Shown here: piece by piece, positions 30,509-40,489 of the stretch
How positions within the stretch are numbered: the stretch's first letter is position 1
How the letters are laid out: every line of letters begins with the position of its first letter
NCBI GenBank assembly: GCA_013166775.1
Contig: JABLTJ010000006.1
Coordinates: 32,001 to 96,000, forward strand
Length of the DNA: 64,000 nucleotides
Source: Promethearchaeati archaeon
GTDB lineage: Archaea > Asgardarchaeota > Heimdallarchaeia > Heimdallarchaeales > Heimdallarchaeaceae
Direction: 5' to 3'
Position numbers and translations under genes: made by a program
Notes under the pieces: model-generated
What the model was told of the DNA's origin: nothing
The model's database searches: none
Seen by the model: the letters and a program-made list of their open reading frames with translations, nothing else

Positions 30509-31725
30509 TAACAATGTCTAACGTTGAAGATTTATTAAAACAACACGGAAAGGCAATCAAAGAAGTATATCTAGATTGGGAGAATGGTACAAGAATAGAA
30601 GAAGAAGTGCTTGAAGCAATGAAACCATTTTATTTAGAAAAACAATTTGGCAATCCTGCAATTACGCATAGAGTTGGTTGGGAGACGTATGATTTTTATG
30701 TAAAAGCAAAAACAACTCTAGCAAAACCTCTGAATGTTCAACCACAATCCATCGCGTTAACTCATAGCTTCACTGAATCCAATAATCTAGCTATCAAAGG
30801 TTTAGCGAAGATGAATAAAAAAAGAAAGAAAATTATTGTCTCTGAAGTAGAACATCTTAGTGTTATTCATACTGCCAAATCTATGTTCAGTGATGACTAC
30901 AAAGTAGTGATTTTACCTGTTTCAAATGATGGAACTGTGAATGTCGACATGCTTCAAGAGGAACTAGATAGTGAAACTTTGCTAGTTAGTTTACAATCTA
31001 TCAATCATGAAATTGGGACAATACAACCGGTAAGAGAAGCTTTGGAAATTGTAAAAGACTTCGATGAGAAAATATTCTTTCATACTGATGCTACTTCGGC
31101 TTTTGGAAGAATTCCTCTAGATCTGAGTAATTTAGATGTTGATTTAGCTTCCTTCAGTAGTAATAGAATACTTGGTCCAAAAGGGATTGCTGGGTTGTAT
31201 ATCAAGGAAGGGATAAAACTAAAATCAATTTATGAAGGGCAACTCAGTGTTGAAACTCTCTCACCAGATGTGGAAAATCCTGCATTACTTGCTGGTTTTG
31301 CGAAAGCAGTGGAATTGCAATTTAAGCAGTTTGAAGAAATAAGAGAACATACAATTAAACTTAGGGATAAATTGATGTATGGGTTGCATACAAGTATTGA
31401 GCGAACTGATATTAATGGTCCTGCAGGAAATAGAAGAGCACCTGACAATGTTAACATAAGTTTCCTTGGATGCGAAGGTGAAGCGTTAACAGTCGATTCT
31501 TCAATGAACGGCATTTATGCTTCAAGTGGAAGTGCTTGCACTAGTAGAGTATTAATGCCAAGTCATATACTTACAGCAATTGGTCGGAAACCTGAGGAAG
31601 CTCATGGAAGTTTATTGATGAAAGTCAATAGATTAAACACTGAAGAAGAAATAGATTACGTATTAGAAAAAATGCCTAAAATTATTGAGAGAATAAGATC
31701 AATAACGGGTGGAATACAAATTTAG
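30505..31725 (+). CDS. iscS: IscS/NifS-family protein lacking the PLP lysine
   Basis: FGNP, TESNN, VEH.SV, NHEIGTIQP, HTDA, GPKG, SSGSAC retained; SAHK replaced by SSNR. Confidence 0.85.
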   Translation: MITMSNVEDLLKQHGKAIKEVYLDWENGTRIEEEVLEAMKPFYLEKQFGNPAITHRVGWETYDFYVKAKTTLAKPLNVQPQSIALTHSFTESNNLAIKGLAKMNKKRKKIIVSEVEHLSVIHTAKSMFSDDYKVVILPVSNDGTVNVDMLQEELDSETLLVSLQSINHEIGTIQPVREALEIVKDFDEKIFFHTDATSAFGRIPLDLSNLDVDLASFSSNRILGPKGIAGLYIKEGIKLKSIYEGQLSVETLSPDVENPALLAGFAKAVELQFKQFEEIREHTIKLRDKLMYGLHTSIERTDINGPAGNRRAPDNVNISFLGCEGEALTVDSSMNGIYASSGSACTSRVLMPSHILTAIGRKPEEAHGSLLMKVNRLNTEEEIDYVLEKMPKIIERIRSITGGIQI

Positions 31726-31737
31726 AAGGAAAAGAAA

Positions 31738-32235
31738 ATGTCAAGTAGAATACCATTACCATATGCTCCAAGAGTCCTTGAGTTATTTCAAAATCCACAA
31801 AATTTAGGAAGAATGGAAAATGCTACTATTACTTCATCAGCTGGAAGTCCAGCTTGTGGTGATATGATCGCATTTTATCTTTTAATTGATGAAAAAAGTG
31901 AAGTAATAACTAAATCAAGCTTTGAAAGCTATGGTTGCGCAAGCAATATCGCAGCTGCAAGTCAACTAACAATTATGATAGAAAATAAAACTCTAGAGGA
32001 AGCTTGGGATTTCACATGGGCTGATGTATCTGAAGCTTTGGGAGGTTTACCAAGTGTTAAAACTCATTGTGGAAGCCTAGCTGTTGGTGCATTGAGAAGA
32101 GCAATCAGGGCTTATTATAAAGAGATAAAGAACAGCAAACCAGAATGGCTTCCTACAGATTTATCCAAAGATGAAAAACATGCATTGGAAGAAGAAGCGT
32201 TAGCTGACAAACTAAAGAAAAAGTACAAGCTTTAA
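31738..32235 (+). CDS. iscU: IscU/NifU Fe-S scaffold
   Basis: FQNPQNLG, GSPACGD, YGCAS, LGGLPSVKTHC. Confidence 0.93.
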   Translation: MSSRIPLPYAPRVLELFQNPQNLGRMENATITSSAGSPACGDMIAFYLLIDEKSEVITKSSFESYGCASNIAAASQLTIMIENKTLEEAWDFTWADVSEALGGLPSVKTHCGSLAVGALRRAIRAYYKEIKNSKPEWLPTDLSKDEKHALEEEALADKLKKKYKL

Positions 32236-32345
32236 TAGTTGCTTTGTATTACTCAATTTCATAGGTTTTCCTGTTATTTAGGCTTCTTAATATTCGTAAT
32301 CTGCTGTGAAAAAACTTTTTATAATTTCAGAAATCATCATGGAAT

Positions 32346-32564
32346 ATGGCAGGATATAGAATTATTTCATTAATCCAGTCAGTTTTTATTCTCTTTACAG
32401 CAATATCAGTTCTGGATGCAGCAGATAATATTGGAATGAATCTAGCTTTCTTTGGAAGTTCTACTTCGTTCTGGTGGAGTGCCTTTGCATTCTGGGCGTA
32501 TTGTTTTGCGATTGTTGCTATACTCCAAATTGTTAAAGCATTTACAGTACAAGAGAAAAACTGA
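32346..32564 (+). CDS. Small two-TM membrane protein (paralog 1)
   Basis: Two hydrophobic helices; similar to 32708-32947. Confidence 0.7.
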   Translation: MAGYRIISLIQSVFILFTAISVLDAADNIGMNLAFFGSSTSFWWSAFAFWAYCFAIVAILQIVKAFTVQEKN

Positions 32565-32707
32565 TTATAATTATATTGTGAGATTTGAAAACATTACAGA
32601 TCTCTCTTTTTTTTTATTCACTAAATTTTCACGTAATTTTATTTACAAATATTTTTAATGTTCAATCTCCAAATATAACCTACTTAATATAAAATAATGG
32701 TGAAAAT

Positions 32708-32947
32708 ATGGGATATAGAATATGGTCATTTATCCAAACGATTCTAGGACTCTTCGGTTGTTGGGTATTACTTGATTATGCATTAGTTGAAGCTGGAAGC
32801 ACATGGAATCTATTTATTGCAGAAGCTTTTAGCAACATGGGAGCAACTAACGCTCTGCTAGGTCCACTTGCAATACTAGCTTATGTACTTGCTGCAATAG
32901 TAATTCTTCAACTTGTAAAATCAATAGTAGTTGTTGTTAGAGATTAA
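32708..32947 (+). CDS. Small two-TM membrane protein (paralog 2)
   Basis: Shares GYRI.S.IQ, VLD/LLD and AY....I..LQ.VK with paralog 1. Confidence 0.7.
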   Translation: MGYRIWSFIQTILGLFGCWVLLDYALVEAGSTWNLFIAEAFSNMGATNALLGPLAILAYVLAAIVILQLVKSIVVVVRD

Positions 32948-33003
32948 AACTAATCTCTTAACCACTTTTTATTGGTAGTATGTCTTATTGGTCAAATTGA
33001 AAT

Positions 33004-33969
33004 TTACAATGATAATGAGAGTACTATTGAACCAACTACGATAAAAAATACTCCTATAAGCTGAGGTAAAGAAATCTTCTCTTTTAAGAAAAACCCACCT
33101 AATAACATCACTATAAAAGGTGAGATGGATGATAGAGGAGTACTAACACCAGCTCCAATATGTTTTACAGCAGTAAAGAAAGAGACACCTCCAGCTAGCC
33201 AAGCAATAGCTCCGCCCAAAGCTAGAATTCCAGTTTCCTTTTGCATCGGAAATAATTCTTTTATTACATTTCTTTTCTGAATAATGGCTCTGAAAACAAC
33301 TAAGAGTCCTGCTCCTGCGACCATTAAACCATTTCTAATTGCCATCATTGAAATAACTTCAACATTTGGATCTTCAAGTATCAATCTTGCAAAGAAAATT
33401 GTTCCTCCCCAGAAAATTGCTGCAAGGAAAGAGAGAACAATACCTAATGACATGTTCTTTTTCGAATCCTTCTTCGGATTTTCTTCTGCTCCTTCTAGTG
33501 GTGAATCATCTTTTTCATTTCTATTGGAATCTCTTTGAGAAAAATAAGAAATGCCAATGACTCCCCCTGCTATTACCAATGTTCCAACTATTATTTGCCA
33601 TGTTATCACTTCTATTTTAGCAAAAAGGAGAGCTATAGTTGTAAAAAGTGGATAAATAGCCGTAACTGGTTGTGCTATAGAAACATCTATTTTTGTTAAA
33701 GCAAACAAAGAGAAAAAATCACCAAGTGCAATACAAATTACTGCTAAAATTAACCATATATAGTTCGGATAGATGAAAAGTCTTGATAAAGAAGAAGTAC
33801 CATACAAACCCCACCCTAAGAGTACAAGAAGTGGAATTGCAATAAGACCTTTTAGATATGTAGCAGATAAAGGATCGGTTTTTTTCACGCCTACCTTAAA
33901 AACAACCATAGAGGAACCCCAAGCAATAGCTGCTGTAAATGATAGAATTATCCCTATGGCTAATGACAT
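33004..33969 (-). CDS. EamA/DMT family transporter
   Basis: Two EamA repeats (AIAWG, AIFWG; SISPF..LKEKIS). Confidence 0.92.
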   Translation of the reverse strand: MSLAIGIILSFTAAIAWGSSMVVFKVGVKKTDPLSATYLKGLIAIPLLVLLGWGLYGTSSLSRLFIYPNYIWLILAVICIALGDFFSLFALTKIDVSIAQPVTAIYPLFTTIALLFAKIEVITWQIIVGTLVIAGGVIGISYFSQRDSNRNEKDDSPLEGAEENPKKDSKKNMSLGIVLSFLAAIFWGGTIFFARLILEDPNVEVISMMAIRNGLMVAGAGLLVVFRAIIQKRNVIKELFPMQKETGILALGGAIAWLAGGVSFFTAVKHIGAGVSTPLSSISPFIVMLLGGFFLKEKISLPQLIGVFFIVVGSIVLSLSL

Positions 33970-34105
33970 TGGTTTTAGATTTTAAGGTAAATAAAAAAAG
34001 TTGTCGTATGTATGATTCAGTTTTACAGCTATTTCAAATGAACAAAACTAACTTATTTTAATCAATATATTTTTAATAGTTCTTAGTTCTATTTTTCTGA
34101 TATTA

Positions 34106-34444
34106 ATGAGCAGAAACATACCAATTAAAGTGGAAAGAAAAGAAGATGTGCCAGGTTTTTATGCAGAAAGTATTCAAATGGTTCATTCAATCGCAGGATT
34201 CAAAATGATAGTCTTCCGAGATAAAGCTGACTATGCAGTAGACCCAAGCATAGGTCCTGAGGCTTTAATACCTAGATCAATAATTAAAGAAATTATCGCT
34301 GAAGTCAGTTTTTCTCCTCACCAATTGAAAATTCTCTCTAAAGTAGTAAATGACCAATTGAAAGCATATGAGTCTAGATTCGGAGAAATCGCTCTTCCTG
34401 ATCAACCCAAAAAAGCTGATAATACCTCAGGTCACTACATCTAG
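34106..34444 (+). CDS. DUF3467-like protein
   Basis: FYA, SPHQLK and YESRFGEI pattern. Confidence 0.65.
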   Translation: MSRNIPIKVERKEDVPGFYAESIQMVHSIAGFKMIVFRDKADYAVDPSIGPEALIPRSIIKEIIAEVSFSPHQLKILSKVVNDQLKAYESRFGEIALPDQPKKADNTSGHYI

Positions 34445-34828
34445 ATTTTCATCAGATTTCTCTATTGTATCTATTGTGTTCAATAACTCTTCTAAGCTGA
34501 AAGGCTTTCTAAGAAAGTGAGGGATTCCTAAATCTCTTACTTGATCTTTTGTTATAGTATCATCAGCTGAAGCGATAATAATTTGATTTTTCAACAAAGG
34601 AGAAATCTCTATCAATCGTAAAGCAACATCTAGACCTGATTTTTCTGGAATTCTGTTGTCAATTAGAAAAACGATATCATGTAACTCTTCCTTGATAGCT
34701 TCTATTTCCTCGAGTGCTACTTTACCACTTGAGACAATTCTTTCTATTTCTATACCCTCTCTTTCGAAAAGTAACTTGTACAAATGGCTGATATCTTTCT
34801 CGTCTTCTATTATGTATATTCTTTTCAT
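34427..34828 (-). CDS. Stand-alone response regulator (receiver domain)
   Basis: IIEDE, LIDNRIP..SG, ASA, LRKPF. Confidence 0.9.
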   Translation of the reverse strand: MKRIYIIEDEKDISHLYKLLFEREGIEIERIVSSGKVALEEIEAIKEELHDIVFLIDNRIPEKSGLDVALRLIEISPLLKNQIIIASADDTITKDQVRDLGIPHFLRKPFSLEELLNTIDTIEKSDENLDVVT

Positions 34829-34973
34829 ATATGACCAACAGACCGTTAAAGCTTTTAATAAGGTTAAATTATAAATATTTCGTCAGTGTTACTCGAATTT
34901 GGATAAATAAAACTAAACAGTTTTTCGAGAATTAGCATAAGATATATTAATTACGAAAATAATCTTTTGATAC

Positions 34974-35483
34974 ATGAGATTGCTAAAATCCACTGTAACT
35001 ATGTTTATGATATGTGTAATTACTCTCTCAAATTTGTCAGCTGCAGCTAAAACCACTTATGGCATATGGGCAGAGGGAGGACAATATAGTTATGAAACAT
35101 TCAGGGTTAGTAAAAGTAATCTCTCCATAAAATTAAGAGTCCATGTTTCTGATGGTGGTCCTGTTTCTGTTTATATTATGGATGAACGAGCGTTTAACAT
35201 ATGGGATATAGATACTGTTGGTGTGCCTGCAGTTGTTGACGCATATATAGGTGCAAAAAATATTACAGACACAATTAGTCTGGCTGGTTATCTGGGACCT
35301 AGGATAAACAACGCAACAGGAACAGAACTGGTATATTATTTAATTGTAGATAATAGAGAAAATGGTTTTGGATCTTTTGTCGATATTGAGTTAATTCAGA
35401 CTCTTCCCGCACCGTCTGTTTTCTTATCTTTCTTAGCATTAATACCTTTAGCTTTATTAATTAGTAGAAAAAGAAAGCCTTAG
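34974..35483 (+). CDS. Secreted, C-terminally anchored beta protein
   Basis: Signal peptide, YYLIVDN, terminal LPAP-TM-RKRKP. Confidence 0.75.
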   Translation: MRLLKSTVTMFMICVITLSNLSAAAKTTYGIWAEGGQYSYETFRVSKSNLSIKLRVHVSDGGPVSVYIMDERAFNIWDIDTVGVPAVVDAYIGAKNITDTISLAGYLGPRINNATGTELVYYLIVDNRENGFGSFVDIELIQTLPAPSVFLSFLALIPLALLISRKRKP

Positions 35484-35627
35484 ACTATGCATTGCCGAGG
35501 ATTAACAGGATAGAAAATTGTGCTGATATTCTTAGATGAAACAGCTACTTTAATTGGTCTATCAATTCAAAACTAGCAAAAGTTAAAAATCAGCGTTCCA
35601 AATTTAATATAAATTTGATGTGATAAT

Positions 35628-35930
35628 ATGGTTAATGTTCCTGATGAAGAAGCTGTTAATTATAGATATGATGTTCAAAGTATGATTAAAAATCCCGAGC
35701 TCACAAGAGATGATAAGAACAGAATCAGAGATCATATTGAGAAGGATTGTGTTGGAGACTGTCTACTTGTTATTGGAATGCAAGGAATGATTAAAGTTCA
35801 TTTCCATACAGACGAACCAGAAGATCTAAGAAAAGTATTGGATCAATATGGTGAGTTTGAAAATTTTGAAATAGAGGATATGAAAGAACAGTATGAAGCT
35901 TTCAAAGCAAAAAAACAGCAAGAAGAGTAA
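35628..35930 (+). CDS. Stand-alone FakA/DAK2-associated middle-domain protein
   Basis: GDCLLVIG...IKVHFHTDEP...YG...IEDMKEQ. Confidence 0.75.
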   Translation: MVNVPDEEAVNYRYDVQSMIKNPELTRDDKNRIRDHIEKDCVGDCLLVIGMQGMIKVHFHTDEPEDLRKVLDQYGEFENFEIEDMKEQYEAFKAKKQQEE

Positions 35931-35938
35931 AAATCAGC

Positions 35939-36319
35939 ATGCCAAAACTACATTTAACAAGTTCTCTATGCAAAGATTGTGGTATTTGTTGTTATACCTG
36001 CGAACATCATAATTCAAAAACAGGATGTACAAATGATGAATATCGATTAAATTCTCGATGTACATCTTTTCCTCTCTTATATGGTGATTCTGAAAAAATG
36101 GGTCACATGAATTTTTGGAATGATTTTCACTGCTCATCCAATTCTGAAAGAAATTCAAAATGGTTTATTTTCAACCATGAACATTGCTTAATTCAACAAC
36201 ATGATATCCTATTCAACAATCTAAGATGGTTAATTGAAGAAATAAACAAAGGGAATGAAATTAACTTCTATGTGGTCAAATATCACGATATAGAGCTAAC
36301 CATAACTAAAGAAGAGTAA
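35939..36319 (+). CDS. Cys-cluster protein (YkgJ-like CxxCxxCC)
   Basis: CKDCGICC..C...GC...R...C.SFP. Confidence 0.6.
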   Translation: MPKLHLTSSLCKDCGICCYTCEHHNSKTGCTNDEYRLNSRCTSFPLLYGDSEKMGHMNFWNDFHCSSNSERNSKWFIFNHEHCLIQQHDILFNNLRWLIEEINKGNEINFYVVKYHDIELTITKEE

Positions 36320-36332
36320 ACTAATTTATTGT

Positions 36333-36632
36333 TTATTCTTCTTCTTTTCGTTTCTTATAATCTTGAACATCAGCTCTTAGGCCCTTAAATAAAGGCATTA
36401 TTACTATAATGACCAAAAAAAATGTAAATACAATACTGAAGATTACCCAAGGAGTTTCCAAAATTCCTTTCCCCGTCCAAATATCTCTTAATCCTAATCC
36501 TGCAGATACTCCCCAAATGATAATAACTGTAGCTCCTATCAACATTTTACCTATTTTTGCTAATTTTTCTCTGTTTTCAGTTGATTCTTCATCTTCCTCT
36601 AAATTTACAGTATCTTCTTGATTCTCTGACAT
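36333..36632 (-). CDS. Hypothetical two-TM membrane protein
   Basis: Acidic N-terminus, two hydrophobic helices. Confidence 0.7.
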   Translation of the reverse strand: MSENQEDTVNLEEDEESTENREKLAKIGKMLIGATVIIIWGVSAGLGLRDIWTGKGILETPWVIFSIVFTFFLVIIVIMPLFKGLRADVQDYKKRKEEE

Positions 36633-36745
36633 ATATCTGGATGAAAATTCAATAATTCTTAACTTTTTGGATTCATATTATTCAACAATCATGTCCAAGC
36701 TTAATCTTTAAAAGTCAAGAAAAAAGAAAATCAAAAGGTGATATT

Positions 36746-37804
36746 TTGCCAATAAATGAAGAATTTTTAAAAAAACTTGCAACAACCCCTAGAGCGACTG
36801 GTTATGAATTCGTTGCTCAGAAGCTGATTAAAGATTATCTAGAAAATGATGTAGATAAAGTAAAGAGCGATAAAGTAGGCAATGTATATGCGATTATTAA
36901 TCCCGAAAGTCCTTTTAAGATAATGTTAGCAGGACATATAGATCAAATTGGTTTTCAGATTTCGCATATTGATGATGATGGTTATCTATGGATTAGACCA
37001 TTAGGTGGATTTGATACCACAACATTACCAGGAAAAAGAGTAACTGTATGTGGCAAAAATGGTAACATCTTAGGTGTCATTGGTAAGAAAGCAATTCATT
37101 TGATGAAAGCTGAAGATCGAAAAAAGGCTCCAGAAATGGAAAAATTATTCATCGATATTGGTTGCAAAGATAAAGAAGAAGCATTAAAGAAAGTTGATGT
37201 TGCTGATTTTGCAGTCTTCGATTATGGATATGACAGATTAGGAGATAACAATTTTGCTGTTGCTTCTGGTTTTGATGATTCTATTGGATCATTTATAGTA
37301 GCAGAAATTATGAAAGAGCTAGCGAAGGATAAAAGCTTCTTTGCTAGCGTTTATGGTGTTTCTACTGTTCAAGAAGAAATAGGTATGAGAGGAGCACATG
37401 TTGCAGCTAAGGCAATTCTACCAGATATAGGAATAGCATTTGATGTAGGACATACAGCTGATGCACCAGAAATGGATAAGAAAATTGTTGGAGATACTAA
37501 ACTTGGAGGTGGTCCAATAATCTCGATAGGACCAAATCTCAATCCAATTGTTGTTAAGAAGTTGATGTCAATTGCTGAAGAAAATGACATTCCTTATCAA
37601 AAACATGCTGCTAATAGAGGAACAGGTACTGATGCTAATGCTCTACAACTAACAGGTGCAGCAACAGGTTTAGTTGGTATACCAAATCGCTATATGCACA
37701 CTGCAAGTGAAATTATCAGCTTAGACGACATTGAAAATATTGTAAAATTAGTTGTAATATTTATCAGATCTATAAAAGAAGGGGATTCATTCCTCCCCGT
37801 TTAA
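36746..37804 (+). CDS. M42 family metallo-aminopeptidase (TET-like)
   Basis: AGHIDQIG, FDD, QEEIG, FDVGH, GTDA, RYMHT. Confidence 0.93.
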   Translation: MPINEEFLKKLATTPRATGYEFVAQKLIKDYLENDVDKVKSDKVGNVYAIINPESPFKIMLAGHIDQIGFQISHIDDDGYLWIRPLGGFDTTTLPGKRVTVCGKNGNILGVIGKKAIHLMKAEDRKKAPEMEKLFIDIGCKDKEEALKKVDVADFAVFDYGYDRLGDNNFAVASGFDDSIGSFIVAEIMKELAKDKSFFASVYGVSTVQEEIGMRGAHVAAKAILPDIGIAFDVGHTADAPEMDKKIVGDTKLGGGPIISIGPNLNPIVVKKLMSIAEENDIPYQKHAANRGTGTDANALQLTGAATGLVGIPNRYMHTASEIISLDDIENIVKLVVIFIRSIKEGDSFLPV

Positions 37805-38268
37805 TTCTTTTTTAATTATAAAACTTAATCCCCTTTTCCGAAAACTCTCAAGATTTTTTTCTATTTTATTTGAATTCATTACGAATACGTATTATTTAAT
37901 TTTTACAACAGGGAATTCAATGATATTTTCTTCGGATTTAAAAATACAAGATTCTACTTCAAGTATAAGTTTTCATCCAAACTTCCTATTAAATGTGATT
38001 TCGTATTTTGTAAAATCATTCTGTAATAATTCATCCCTCTTTTCTTCCAGTACTGCTTACAATCAGTATCTACTAAATCACATATTGTCATATCCAGCAA
38101 TTCCTCCCTTAAAAATTCTAGAAGAATGCACAAAAAGTCTTTCATCTCAATAAAAATACTATGTGAAATATATTAAAGAAATTTTTCTATATTTTTCTAT
38201 TTTAATTTTTATATTCAATCAAATTCATAGAACTTCAACAAGCTTAATTTTCTTAAAAATTAATCTAT

Positions 38269-39120
38269 TCATTCAATTAACATTGTTAAATCGAAGTTTT
38301 TTACAGAATGAGTTAATGATCCTGAGGATATTAAATCTACACCTTCTAATGAGTACATATCTAGATTATTTAGATTGATATTCCCACTTAACTCAATTGA
38401 TATATTAGAATTGACTTCTCTTATTTTTGGGATGATAATTTTAGCTTGATCTGGAGTAAAATTATCAAGCATCACTATATCCGCACCAGCTTTAACTGCT
38501 TCTAAAGCCTCTTCCTCATTCTGAACCTCAACTTCTATTTTCTTACTGAAACTAGTTCTTTCCTTCGCTTTCTCTATTGCTTTTGTTATTGATTCAAACA
38601 TTCTAAGATGATTTTCTTTTAGTAAAATCATATCTGAAAGATTAAATCTATGAGTGTCCCCCCCACCTACAGTAACTGCAAATTTATCATATTTACTAAG
38701 CCCAGGAACAATCTTCCTTGTTGCACAAATTCTGATAGTTGAATTTACAGATTGAGCTTTTTCGAGCATAATTGCAGTTTGAGTAGCGATTCCTGACATT
38801 CTGCCAAGAAGATTCAGAGCTAAACGTTCTGCTTGAAGTAAAGAATGTATATTCCCCTTAACTGAAGCTATTTGAGTCTTCTTAGATACATGTTGTCCAT
38901 CTCCAACCGTTATTTCATACTCTGCTCCCATGAGCTCAAAAATCCTTTTCGCTATGAGAGTTCCTGCTATTACTCCCTCTTGTTTAGAATAAATTTTTCC
39001 TTTAACATTTTTCTGCGGCAGAAGAGCAGTTGTTATATCCCAATAAGAGATATCTTCAGAAAGCCAGTTTTTTATGTCCTCATCTAGTAATAGTTGTGGA
39101 ATCATGTTCAATTTCCCCAC
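38269..39120 (-). CDS. nadC: Quinolinate phosphoribosyltransferase
   Basis: ERLALN, SGIAT, TRK, HRFNLSD, KENH, EVEV, MLDN. Confidence 0.97.
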   Translation of the reverse strand: MGKLNMIPQLLLDEDIKNWLSEDISYWDITTALLPQKNVKGKIYSKQEGVIAGTLIAKRIFELMGAEYEITVGDGQHVSKKTQIASVKGNIHSLLQAERLALNLLGRMSGIATQTAIMLEKAQSVNSTIRICATRKIVPGLSKYDKFAVTVGGGDTHRFNLSDMILLKENHLRMFESITKAIEKAKERTSFSKKIEVEVQNEEEALEAVKAGADIVMLDNFTPDQAKIIIPKIREVNSNISIELSGNINLNNLDMYSLEGVDLISSGSLTHSVKNFDLTMLIE

Positions 39121-39123
39121 TTT

Positions 39124-40152
39124 TTAGTATTTTAGCATATTGTTTACAGCTTTGTAAGCTTTTAATCTAACTTCTTTATCTAATTCAATTATGTGTTCAG
39201 AAGTTGGATTTTCTATAGCTTTTAGTGTTGTGTAAAGGTCATTACTCTTCATACTTACACAGATCATGTGACTATCTTGAAAATTTAGGTGAGGATATTC
39301 AACTTTCATTCTATCTATGAATCCTTGCTCCGTAAGAAATAGAATCTTGTGGCCATTCTTCGATTCTTTAGCATATCTATGCATATCTCCAGTCCCCCCT
39401 ACTAAATCAACTCTACTAATAATTTCAGGTCTGCATTCAAGATGAGCAAAAGTTTTCACTTCTGAATCTTTGAAAATTTTATCAAACCTTCTTTCAGTAA
39501 AAGCATGATGAGTTCGGCAGAATCCCTTCTCCCATGTAATGATTTTCTTTCCAGTAATCTTAGCTAAGTTTACTCCCATGTTATGATCAGGAACAAAAAT
39601 TATTGTTTCATCTTCAAGTTGTTCAATAATTTTTTTTGCATTAGCAGAGGTGCAACAGATATCTGATTCTGCTTTAACTTCTGCAGTAGTATTAACATAA
39701 CAAACAACTGGAGCTCCTGGATATCGTTCTTTCAAAGCTTTAACATCTTCCCCTGTAATAGAATCTGCTAAAGTACAATCTCTACCTTTGAGAGGAACAT
39801 AAACAGTTTTTTCAGGATTAAGGATTTTAACTGTTTCAGCCATGAAATCAACACCACAGAACATGATTGTATCTTCTTCGATTTCTGTAGCTATTTTTGC
39901 TAATCCTAATGAATCACCCACTATATCAGCAATTCCAAAAATGATTTCTGGTGATTGATAAGAATGAGCTAAGATTTTAATTCCTTTCTCTTTCTTCAAC
40001 GTATTAATTCGTAGCGTGAAAGGTGCTAGTTGTTCACATACTTCCCTTGTCCAGCCCAGCTTACTTAGTTTAGAATAAAGACGCTCGATTTCATTATTCA
40101 GCTTTTGTTGATCCTGAGCTGGGATTTGTGGTGCGTCTTCTACTATAACCAT
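39124..40152 (-). CDS. nadA: Quinolinate synthase
   Basis: LAHSYQ, GDSL, FCGVDFMAE, YVNT, CTSANA, HLEC; three cluster Cys retained. Confidence 0.96.
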   Translation of the reverse strand: MVIVEDAPQIPAQDQQKLNNEIERLYSKLSKLGWTREVCEQLAPFTLRINTLKKEKGIKILAHSYQSPEIIFGIADIVGDSLGLAKIATEIEEDTIMFCGVDFMAETVKILNPEKTVYVPLKGRDCTLADSITGEDVKALKERYPGAPVVCYVNTTAEVKAESDICCTSANAKKIIEQLEDETIIFVPDHNMGVNLAKITGKKIITWEKGFCRTHHAFTERRFDKIFKDSEVKTFAHLECRPEIISRVDLVGGTGDMHRYAKESKNGHKILFLTEQGFIDRMKVEYPHLNFQDSHMICVSMKSNDLYTTLKAIENPTSEHIIELDKEVRLKAYKAVNNMLKY

Positions 40153-40354
40153 TACAATCGGGATGGTTTTTGTTGTGAAGTATTTAAAGAATGTTCGTTT
40201 AAGGTAAAAATTGAATGAAGATTAAATCAATATTTCTTTTAAGGCTCTGAAATGTGCGAATCCGATACTTACTATGAATAAATGAAGCAAATTTTGCCCA
40301 TATTTTCCTTCTAAATCTCCACATTTTCTCTTTAGAACTCCCCTAAGTGAATTT

Positions 40355-40373
40355 TATGTATTGACAATACATA
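40355..40373. promoter_or_regulatory. Perfect 19-bp palindrome, candidate operator between nadA and NADK-wHTH
   Basis: TATGTATTG-A-CAATACATA. Confidence 0.55.
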
Positions 40374-40489
40374 TTTTTAAAACCTAATGAAAAAATGATT
40401 TTTTTACTAAATTTTAAGCGAGAATTGGTACTCGCCAAATACTATTTAAATGAATTAACAGTAATATTTTTTTAGTAAAGAAACACAGA

